Part shown: one piece after another, positions 26,401-38,400 of the stretch | Layout of the letters: the number at the start of each line of letters is the position of its first letter | Position numbering within the stretch: the first letter of the stretch is position 1 | Notes under the pieces: model-generated | What the model saw: only the letters and a program-made list of their open reading frames with translations | Told to the model about the DNA's origin: nothing | Databases searched by the model: none | Made by a program: the position numbers and the translations under genes | Assembly: GCF_964213995.1 (NCBI RefSeq) | Contig: NC_135808.1 | Coordinates: forward strand, 17,174,001-17,238,000 | DNA: 64,000 nucleotides | Direction of reading: 5' to 3' | Origin: Mustelus asterias | Taxonomy: Eukaryota

Positions 26401-29400
26401 TTCTCGCGATTGACTCTGTTCACCCCCTTTATGATTATGAACACCTCTATCAAACCTCCTCTCAGCCTTCTACTCTCAGAGGAGAGCATCCCCAACATGG
26501 GGACACGATGGCCTAGTGGCATTATCGCTCGACCATTAATCCAGAAACTCAGATAGTGTTCTGGGGACCTCAGTTCGAATCCCACGGCAGATGGTGGAAC
26601 TTTAATTCAATAAAAAATATCTGGAATTAACAGTCTACTGATGTCAATTGTTGGAAAACCCCATCTGGTTCACTAGTGTCCTTTCGGGAAGCAAATATGC
26701 TGTCCTTACCTGGTCTGGCCTACATGTCACTCCCCAGCCCCAGCAATGTGGTTGACTTTCAATTGCCCTCTGCCATGGCCTAGCAAGCCACTCAGTTGTG
26801 TCAATTGCTACGAAGTCACACAAAGAAATGAAACCTGACAGACCATCTGACATCGACCGAGGTACCGGAAAAGACAATGGCAAAACAAACAGCCCTGTCG
26901 ACCCTGCAAAGTCCACCTTACTAACATTTGGGGGCTAGTACCAAAATTAGGAGAGCTGTTTCACAGACTAGTCAAGTAACAGCCTGACATAGTCATTCTC
27001 CCGGAAGCATAGCTTAAATATAACACCCCAGGCAACACCATCACCATCCCTAGATATGCCCTGTCCCAGCAACAGGACATACCCAGCAGAGTGGCGGCAC
27101 AGTGGTATACAGTCGGGAGGGAGTTGCCCTGGGAATCCTTAAAATCGACTCTGGACCCTAATATCTCATGGCTTCAGGTTAACAAGAGCAAAGAAACCTC
27201 TAACTGGTTATTACATACCAGCCTCCTTCGGCTGATCAGTCAGTACGCCTCCATGTTGAACAACAGTTGGAGGAAGCACTGATGTGGCAAGGGCACAAAA
27301 TGTACTCTGGGTAGGGGATTTCAATGTCGACCACTAAGAGTAGCTCGTTAGTAGCATTATTCATCGAGATGGTTGGATCCTAAAGGATATAACTGCTAAA
27401 CTGGGTGTGCAGCAGGTGGTGAAAAAACCAACAAGGGGAAAAAGAACACTTGTCCTTATCCTTACCAATCTGCAGGCTGTCGATGCATCTGTCCATGGCA
27501 ATATTGGTAAGAGTGACCACCACACAGTCATTGTGGAGATGAAGTCCCGCATTCGAATCGAGAATAACGTGTTGTGTGGCACTATCACTGCGCCAAATAG
27601 GACAGACTTCGAACAAAACTAGCAACTCAAGGCTGAGGCTCTGTGAGCCATCAACGGCAGTGGAATAATACTCCAGCATAATCTGGCATATTCCCCACTC
27701 AACCATAACCATCAAGTGACGGGATCAACCTTAGTCCAATAGCGAGTGCAGGAGGGCATGCCAGGAGCAGCATACCTAAAAATGAGGTGTCAATCTGGTG
27801 AAGCTACCAAACATGACAACTTGCATGCACCAACGGGTCAGATCTAAGCTCTGCAGTCCTTCCACATCCAGTCGTGAATGGTGATGGACACTTCAGCAAC
27901 TCACTGCAGGAGGAGGCTTCACAACTATCCCCATCCTCAATAATGCAGGAGCCTAGCACACCAGTGCAAAAGATAAGGCTGAGGCATTCGCAAAATTCTG
28001 CAGCCGGATGTGCCGAGTAGATGATCCATCTCGGCCTCCTCCATTGATCCCCAGCATCTCCGATGCCAGTCTCCAGCCAATTCGATTCACTCTACGTGAA
28101 ATCAAGAAACGGTTGGAGGCACTGGATACTTCAAAGGCAATGGGTCCTGATAACATTTCGGCAATACTACTGAAGACTTATGCTCCAGAACATCTTCCGC
28201 TCACCTAGTCCAACAATGCGAGAAGTTGTCCATGTGTGTATGTCCTGCACACTAAAAGCAGGACAAATCCAACCTGGCCAATTACCACCCAATTAGTCTG
28301 CTCTCGATCATCAGTAACGTGATGATCGAAAGTGCTATCCAGCAGCACCTGCTCAGCAATAACCTGCTGAGTGACGACCAGTTTGGGTTTCGCCAGGGTC
28401 ACTCAGCCCCTGATCTCATCACAGCCACAGCCTTTGTTCAAACATGGAACAACAGTTGAGTACCAGAGGTAAGGTGAGAGTGACAGCTCTTGACATCAAG
28501 GCCGCATTCGACCGAATGTGGCATCAAGGAGCCCCAGCATAACTGGAATCAATGATTATCAGGAGTCAAACACCCCACTGGTTGGAGTCATACCTGGTAC
28601 ATAGGAAGATGGATGTGGAGGGTCAGTCATCTCAGCTCCAGGACATCACTGCAGTAGTATTGTGTTAGGCCCAACAATCTTGAGCTGCTTCATCAATGAC
28701 CTTCCCTCTATCAGAAGGTTAGAAGTGGGAATGTTTGCCGATGATTACACACTGTTCAGCACCATTGACGACTCCTCGGATTCTGTTCAAATGCAACAAA
28801 ATCTGGACAGTATCGAGGCTTGGGCTGACAAATAGCTAGTAACATCCGCTCCACACAAATGCCAGGCAATGACCAACACCAATAAGAGACACTCTTACCA
28901 CCGCCCCTTGACATTCAGTGGTGTTACCATCACTGAATCCGCCACTGTCAACATCCTTGGGGTTACCATTGACCAGAAAGTCCACTGGACTGACCACATG
29001 AATATAATGGCTACAAGAACAGGTCTGAGGCTGGGAATACTGCGGCGAGTAACTCACCTCCTGACTCCCCAAAGCCTATCCACCAACTGCACGGCACAAG
29101 TCAGGAGTGTGATGCAATACTCCCCAGTTGCCTGGATGGATGCAGCTCCAACAACACTCAAGACGCTTGACACCATCCAGCACAAAACAGCCCGCTTGAT
29201 CGGCACCCCAGCGACAAACACCCACTCTCTCGGGGCGGCAGGTACCGGGGCGGCACGGTAGCACAGTGGTTAGCACTGCTACTTCACAGTTCCAGGGACC
29301 TGGGTTCGAATCCCGGCTCGGGTCACTGTCTGAGTGCAGTTTGCACATTCTCCCCGTGTCTGTGTGAGTTTCCTCCGGGTGCTCCGGTTTCCTCCCACAG

Positions 29401-32400
29401 TCCAAAGATGTGCGGGCTAGGTTGATTGGCCATTCTAAATTGCCCCTTAGTGTCCCGGGATGCATAGGTTAGAGGGGTTCGTGGGCAAATATGTAGGGAT
29501 ATGTGGACAGGGCCTGGGTGGGATTGTGGTTGGTGCAGACTTGATGGGGCGAATGGCCTCTTTCTGCACTGTAGGATTATATGATTCTCTCCACCACAGA
29601 CGCTCAGTCGCAGCAGTGTGTACTATCTACAAAATGCACTACAGCAATTCACCAAAAATCCTTAGACAGCACCTTCCCAACCCAGGACCACTTCCATCTG
29701 GGAGGACAAGGTACATAGAAACATCATCACCGCATGTTCCATTCCAAGCCACTCATCCTGACTTGGAAATATATCGCCATTCGTTCGCAGTCACTGGGTC
29801 AAAATCATGGAATTCCCTCCCTAATGACATTGTGAGTCAACACACAGCACATGGACTGCAGTGTTTAAAGAAGGCAGCTCACCACCACCTTCCCAAGGCA
29901 ACTAGGAATGGACAATAAATGCTGGCCAGTCAGCGACGCCCATGTCCCACGAATGATTTTTTTAAAAAATACATTCTATCCTCATAATAGCAGCTGAAGT
30001 AGGAGGTATTAAATAACAAAAACGATAAAGGAGATGGTAAAGAGATAAGTGCAGGAACAAAATATGCATCCAGGGGAGCTGTTAGTGTAAATGACCAACT
30101 CAAATATGACAGTTGGTTTCCGAAGTAAAAATGAGTGCAAACGACATCGTGTGAATTTGTTGAACAGGACTGTAAAACTATGAAATGGAACATAAGCTCT
30201 GGAAACATTTCCTTATCTTTCGATTGGGCACATTAAAGCAGAATGAGTGCATAGGGAGAAATTAGCGCCCTTTTCTGTACTGCTTTTGGTGAAGAGTGGG
30301 TTCAATTTGGGTCTTTACCGCCGGAAGGTTAACCTTTGGCTGGAGGGAACAGAAGTCGGTGAGAGAACTCGTTGGATTATCATCTATTTCAAATCAACTC
30401 AGTAAACTCGGATTATAATATTTTTTCTACTTGCCCTATCAATGGAGCAAAATACTTTGCAAATCGTGACGAACTAACTTTTTTTGCAATATCTGTGGAT
30501 TGTCTAATGATTCCAATTTATCAATCAATCCAGTTGCCAGTCTGTGTGAACTGTACATGTACGAGGTTTAACATTTAAATTCTGAAACTAAACAAATTTG
30601 CAGAAAATATCATTCTGAGAGTTAGTGACTAAATGATTTGAATCTGGTTGGCAGATTTTGCTAAACTGAAACGAGAGCTAGAAGATAAAGGTCAGTAAGG
30701 ATAATCACATCATCTTTCCTGTTGATTTCAATGCTAGTCTATTTCTTCTTGCGTTTTAGAGCATATCTCTCACAAAAGTGCAACTTAATATGCATTGAAG
30801 TGTGGGAAATCCACAAAGGGCTTGCAACGCCGATTAAGTCTGATTCAGTTATATGAAAAGTTCATACCTTCAAAGATAATAGTTAGAAATATGCCTCAGG
30901 CATTGGCTCAAGACGGACAGAATCGGGTCAGCCGCCCGTATTACCCAATGCCGTGCATTAAATTATAGAATGAATGTATAACGCGCAATTTACTCGGATA
31001 CTTCCTTCAGCATCGAACCCTTTTCCACAGGGACTGATTGAGGCGAGGACCTTTAGTTATTTTTAATGAATGCATTGAATAATATTTGAAACGAAGGAAG
31101 ATTCGAGACTGTGGGGTTGAAAAATGTTCCAAGGCGCAACGTGACAAAATATTCGGTCCAGCACATAGTTCATACAGAGACATTCCAACTTTAACATTTT
31201 GTGCGCCTTCCGTAGGATTTCTTAACGCATATTCACGGAAACCTTGTCCTTAAGCTACATGTGCAATTTCTAAGCAAATTTGAATTTTGAAAATCACATA
31301 TACTTTGTAAATACCATGATGGTCACCTTAATAGAGCCTTCCTTAGTGCAGCAACTCGGTGTAGCTATAATGAATATTATTTATGAAGTATACCTGCTTC
31401 CGGCTAATTGCAAAGATCTGTTGCAAAGTCTGCTCCTGCGTATCAAGATTTGTTTCTCGAATGGAACTGAATCGTAAATCGATTGTTTTATTGCCTTGTG
31501 CATCTGCCTGATAGATCGGGAACTGAGAAGAAAAGATGAAGGTAGAAAATCGAATCTTCTTAGTTCCCCATTTATGGTATTCAAATTTTCCTCATTGCCT
31601 CAGATAGCATGATAGTTGTTTTATAATGATGGGTGCAAGACTTCTCCTTGTTACTCTTTGAGCATCTTATCGGCTATTGGCTTTAATATGATGCTTGCAC
31701 TGGTGATTCAGGTGAGCGAATAATTCCGATATGGATCCTATATACTAGTTCATGAGTGTAATTTGTAATGAAACGCTCCTATGAACGACCATTTTGGAGA
31801 ATAAGCTGCTGCTTCCCTTTTTTTTCTTAACCTCCCATATTTGGTAATATCGGGTTTTCTCAAACAAGTCTGCATCGTTTTCTAAAGTGCTAATTAAATG
31901 TCAACAGTATTAGTTTGTTTTTGATGAGCCCAAACCCTTAAACACTGCCAATTACGCCCCAACCACTGCCACCTTAGCCCAACGCAGCACGTTTAATAAA
32001 GCCATATGATGTAATCTTGTTTATTCATGTGTTATGCTCAGATTTGTTTCCAAAGCGAAGGTGCTGAATATTATTTAAATGCAGACCAATGCAGAAAGCA
32101 GGGCCAGTAATCCAGAGACCGAGGGTAATGTCCTTTGTCCACGGCGTCAGTTGACCCGAGTTCGATGGATTTCGAGTTCGAATTCCATCACGGTAGATGT
32201 TGAAATTTAAATTACACTTTAAATCTGTAATTAAAAGTCTAGTAATGATCATGAAACCATTGCCGATTGTTAGAAACTCATCTGGTTCACTAATGTCCTT
32301 TAGAGAAGGAAATCTGCTACCAGGTGATTCCAGGCCCACAGCAATGCGGTTGATTCTGAAGTGCCCCGTGAAATGACTCAGCAAACCACTCCGTTCAAGC

Positions 32401-35400
32401 GCAATGAGGGATGGGCAATGATTGTTCGCCCAGCCAGCGATGCCCACATCCCCTGAACGAATAAAAACAACTGAATGACAGAGCAGATCCGACTGGTTGA
32501 CTTCTTCTCCTACGTGTTATGGTCTTAGGGCGGAAGGTTTTGCTGTGATTGATGAATTATGCTCTAACAGTGGCATCCTGACTAATGCAAAGGTTTAGAT
32601 ACAATGGTTTCCACGTTGCACTGATATCATTCCTTTACTGTTTATCGACGTCATTAGAAATAGATTTACTGAAGGATCGCCTCCGGGATGCCGGTAAGGA
32701 CGCACACTGAAATATTCTCTGTAAACGTACTTGTAGTCCAAAATACCAACTGCAATCTATAGAATGGAGCAGATTACGAGAATTCTGTACCGCAAAGGGG
32801 AAATGCGCTGTCAAATATATAGGAAGTGATAGTGTCAATAAAATCATAGATGCTTCAGCGTGATATGGACAGGCAGAGTGAGTGAGTATTGGGATGGTAG
32901 ATTCAGGATATATATATAAATATTAGGTTATCCACTTCGGTAGCAAAAATAACAAGGCAGATTATCATTTTAATGGATGTAAATTGAGAGAGGTGGCTAC
33001 TGCACGACACCTTGGTAATGCAGATACAGTAAGCTGTAAATAAGACAAGGGTTATGTTGGCTTCCATAGCAAGTGGATTTGAGTACATGAATAGGATTGC
33101 TTTACTGCAATTTTATAGGGTGCTGATGAGGTCACACGTGGAGCATTGTGTGCAGTTTTATTGTCCTTATCTGAGGGAAGATGTTCTTGCTATAGAGATA
33201 CTATACTAGAGGGTTTACCAGGCACATTCCTAAGGTGGCATATGAGAAGACACTAAGTCGTTTAGTATTACATCCATTGGAGTTTCGAAGAGTGAGGGGG
33301 GATCTCATAGAAGCTTATAAAATTCAAGCAAGATTAGACAGGGTAGATGCAGAAAGAATGTTCTCGATGGTGGGGGTCTCCAGCACTAGGGGTCATAGTT
33401 TGAGGTGTGGAGAAACCTCTTCACCCAGAGGTGGTGAATCTGTGGAAGTCACCACCAGAGGAAATAGTTGAGGCCGAAATGTTGTGTGATTTCAAGAAAG
33501 AATTGGAATAGCTCTTAGGGCTTGAGGGATCAAGTGATATGGGGGAAGGCGGGATCAGGGTATTGAATTCCATGATCAGCCATGATCATAATGAATGGCG
33601 GAGGAGGTTCGAAGGGCCGAATGGTCTATTCCTGCTTCAATTTCTTCTCTATATTTCTATGTATTCGCGCTTAAAAGAAAAGTACTTGAATATAAAGAAA
33701 GCAATGGCCATTAAATGGCACGACAATTATGTTGGGATGTGTAAATGAAAGCATCATGCATTCAGAGTGTGGCGGTTTATGTAATTATAATGTCATCTGC
33801 CTATCCAGGTGTGGGGTAGGGGGCAGAGTTGGACGCATATTTACATCCTCCGCAATATTGTTTGAATTGAACTGAATGAACAGTTTGAAAAGGCGACCCG
33901 ATACAAAACCAGACTTGGAATCGAACATGTCAGTTTCCAGATAGGAGGGCCAGACGAAAACAGCCCTGTAACTCAGATTTCAATAGTGTTGAACATCATC
34001 GGCCCTTTGATCTCCTGTTAGCTTTTTACCAACTGCCTGGAGCCTTATGCAATCAGCTTTCTGCTCCAGCCACTCCTCAGGACCGAGTCGGCCGAATGCT
34101 GCCTTTTTTGCCATTGGTTCCATCGGCTGTGAACCGGAAACGGAAAGTGCAAAAACAAGGCCCTGGATAACATTGCAATGCAGATTGAATCTGCCAGTTT
34201 AAGACTCAAAATGCCTCCCTTACATCATCGGCTAAGGAGCATTTCACCGCAGCGTGGAAATATATGCGGACTCATCTTAACCCACTCGGTGCGCTATTAG
34301 TCCGTCTGCCATGTTATTGGTGACAATTTTAAACGGTCGATCTCAAGCGGATAGCAGGAAGGATTCTGCCGATTCTCCGTAAGAGTGGAAAGGCAATATT
34401 TATGAAATATTATGGAATTGGATGATCTACATCATATTCAGCTAATGCCGTTCAATATCCCTATTATCATAGAAAAGAAACCGGCTAGGTGCGATGGTAA
34501 GTATTAAAACGTCGTTTAATGGAAAAGCAAAGTAATCCCTACTATGGGGTTTTTCTAAAACCCTAGAAAGATGCTGACTCGTTGACTAAGAGTTCACCCT
34601 TCCCAACATGTGTTGAAGTGGGAAATCACTCTTCGAACAATGTGTTCTGCTCAGCGTATTAAATCAATGGTCAATACATTAATAACAATGGATTTAGGAA
34701 AATGAAAGAAAATATGTGTTCATTACTTTATCAGTACATAGCAACATTTAATATTCACCGCACCCCAACGTTTAATTGTCTGGTCACTGAAAAGGGCCCG
34801 GGGAATAAGAAATTAGATAAAAGCCAGCAAGCAGATTAAAATTCATCCCAGAAACTCGCTCAGGCCCGAGCTATGAGACAACATTTCGCGTGGCGTTGCA
34901 ATTACTGTTGTCCTCTCTGCTATTGTAACTTACCATGTCCACAGGTCAAATTTACAAGAAATCTGCACGGCGGTCGAAAGAACTCCCTGCGCACGTATAC
35001 GAATCAGCTCACCTAAAATATAGCTATCAGTCTTCTTGCAGCAGGCGGCACGGCTGCGGATCTGACTTTTTAATGATCGAGGGACTGGGAAGTTCGTTCC
35101 GTTTGGCCATTGGAGGCACTTGGAACGGGGTATTTCCTTCGCAACTTGATAGGTGCAGATCAGTAGGGTGTGACCATTATTGATAATCCAAACACTCCGG
35201 ATGATGAAGTACTGCTGAAAACCAACTGCTACCAAACCATATAAAAATTATTATTGGCCGGGTATTCGCGTATTTTAACAGTGATATTAGCTTTAATGTC
35301 CTGAATTATTTTGAGAATATGATATTTTACTTACACTGTACTCTAGACCCGAACTCGGGTCAACTGACGCCGTAGATAAAGACATTCAAACTCTCGAATT

Positions 35401-38400
35401 ATTGTACAGCAAATTTCACTTTCTGCACTGTACCAAATTATCACAATGTCACACGAAGCATCAAACTTCGTTATACTTACTTCGTTACACACAAATTAAC
35501 TAACTTTTCACCTACTCCAGTATACACACAAGTATTCAAAAAGTATCAAAACATCACAAAATATCCAAACACACGAATTAGACTTAGCGATACTGCATGT
35601 GGCGAGGCGATCTGATGACATTTCCTGCTCTTGGGTCTTGTTCCAATGTCTCCAATCCCCAGACTCTCAGTCTTGCTTCTCCACTGATTTATCTGTGGTT
35701 ACCGCTGCCAGTGCTATTTTGTCTTCCTCTTATACTGAACTGTTTATGCTTCCAGTCACGTACTCACAGTCCAGGCACTAATCAGTCACTGTCTCTTTTG
35801 TCACGAACAGTGAGAGTCATGCCTCTGCCAGAGGGTCGTAATTCCCTCAAGAACATGATACACAGAGATCTGTGTTCGATCACTACCTATTCAAGGCATA
35901 GCAACAGTCACTGTTAATTCCCATGTTTGTTCCATAGCTGCACATTCTGTTCTTTGCTGCTCCCACAGTCCTTAGCTCTTTTAACCATCACGCTTTGCTG
36001 GTGTCTTCTCTTCGCTGGTGTCTTTATGAATACCCATCAGGCTACAGACAAATACGTTATGGCTTCAAGACTGGGTGTGCAAATGCAGATGGATGGGAAT
36101 AAAATACCTCTTCACCGAAATATGTTTGTTAAAGTGACTCAGTTGGGAGCACATTGTCACCAATAATGTTGCATGTCCAACATGTGAGAAAGCCCAGGTA
36201 AACTTTGTGAATATAAAAATCTCTAGTTTATGTCATAAAGTCTATGCTGTTGCGGCTATCTCCATACGTTGTTACTGAAGCAATTTGTTCCCATCAAAAC
36301 ATTCTGCGCCAGATCCCAGCAGTAGTTAGCAAACCTTACGTTAGTTACTGAATCTCCTATCCTGTTAATCACAAAAATCGCCAAATCTTATGATAATATG
36401 TAACATGAGTGAGCTCCACCTCAACGACCTTCTTCAGAAACGGATTCTAACTATTATTTGAGGACAAATTTCTTCATTCTAGTCTACGGGGCAAACTGCT
36501 CCTATTCTGCATACTGTATAACTGAGTTCCACCAAAACTATGTTTCCCGTGTTCTCCCACGCGCAAATGCCACTCCATCATCATCCTGTTGAAGGAAGTC
36601 TCAGATACGTATGCATTCTTTATCAATCAAAAATAATTTACGTGACTTTGGAGAGTAATAATCATTGCCTTGTAGGTAAACTGCATATCAGTTATGCATC
36701 AGTAGTCCAGAATGAGAGTAAGTTATTTGGTTTCATTGAAGGAGCCATACTTGTCCATATAACAGACGAAATCAAGGATTGTTTTAGGACACTGCCAGAG
36801 ATATTTAATGTGGACGTCGAGTTAAAGATTGATTAGATTTGACAAAGGAATACACTATTAACATCTTGTTCGGAGTGTTATTGTGATTAATCTGCCCAAG
36901 AAATGCATTAAAGCAAGGACTATCAACCATCTCACTCAGAATATGCCCCAATCAAGATAAGACTGTTAGGACAGAATAATCATAGAATCCCTACAGTACA
37001 GAAGGATACCATTCGGCCAATCGAGTCCGTACCGGACACAGTCCCACTCAGGCCCTATTCCCGTAACCCCACACATTTATCTTGTTAATCCCCCTAACTC
37101 TAGGGTCAATTTAGTGTTTAGGGTCAATTTGATTAATCAACCTAACCCGCACATCTTTAGAATGTGGGAGGAAACCGGAGCACCCGGAGGAAACCCACAC
37201 AGACATGGGGAGAACGTGCAAACTCCACACAGACAGTGACCCGAGGCCGGAATTGAACCTGGGTCGCTGGCGCTGTGAGGCAACAGTCCTAACCACTGTG
37301 CCACCGTGACAGCTAAATGCGTCTCTTGGGATAAATTAGGATTTGTACGAAACTCACATATCTCTTGATTAAAGCATGGAATGTAATGGAAAATCGGTGG
37401 TTTGATTTCTTTTCACCTGCGAAGTGACATTAAATGTTCCTATCAAACTATGTAGCGGACGCATACTTACCGCACGGAAGGATGTAATTTCACAGAACCA
37501 CGGAATTGCTGCGCTGCAAAATGAGGCTATTTGGCTCATCGTGCTTCTCCAAACGAGCCACATGCCTTTGTGTCATTTCCCTGCCTTTTCCTCGTAGCTC
37601 TGCAAATTGTTCCTCTTCAAGTAGTGATCTTTAGCCTTCTTGAATCTTCAACTGAACCCACACTTCCAGACAGTGCCTTCCACTTATCTAAATTTCCGTT
37701 ATAATTAGCTCCCGGACATAGCCTCCATCCTCAGACCTTGCCCTACCTTATCCTTGATAAGCAGTGGCGAATACGTTAGTCTCTGCAGTGGCTAGATCAG
37801 CAAGTCATAAATTTGTTCAGTCCCTTCGATGAGTTCTTTCCACTGATTTGACTCTGCAATTTGACGAGCATCTTGGCTGTATTTTCCTTTCAGACCGAGA
37901 TAAATTAGAAGCTATTCAAAGGGATCTCGGTGAGATTACAGCATTTTTATTGAAAACAATAAACGTTTGGTTTTCATGCCTTCGTGTTGCAATTTACCCT
38001 CCAGCCAAACTTTTCATGTTAACTTGAAATCCATGCTGCCAAGTTGAATAATAAAATTATCTCAAATATTTCTTGCAAGCCCGCTGATAAAAAAAAATGT
38101 TAATTGTTTCCACAGTGGAACTGCTGCGTCTGAAAGACAAAGGCAAGTAAACAGAGCTAACGGGTGAAATCGAGTCCGATCAGAATATCTCCCCGATTCG
38201 ATAGACTTCGCCCGAAACTGCAGGATGGCGATGTACAGGAATTTGCCTGACGGCGAGGAAGGCGACAAAGCCAAAGAAGATAGGACAGAAAAATGACCAA
38301 AAACAGCCTACTCTGTTGCAAAAGTCGTTTTCTTAATAGTTATTGTCAGGACTGAAAATAAAACAGGTCGTTTCAAACTATTGAATAACGAAGATGCTAG

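Noticed and set aside
29247-29320. tRNA genes at A/B-box sites
   Set aside because: They are SINE or LINE heads continuing into repeat bodies, not cloverleaf tRNAs.
30353-30358. 6-nt candidate exon cag|AAGTCG|gtgaga
   Set aside because: Purine-rich upstream sequence with no pyrimidine tract.
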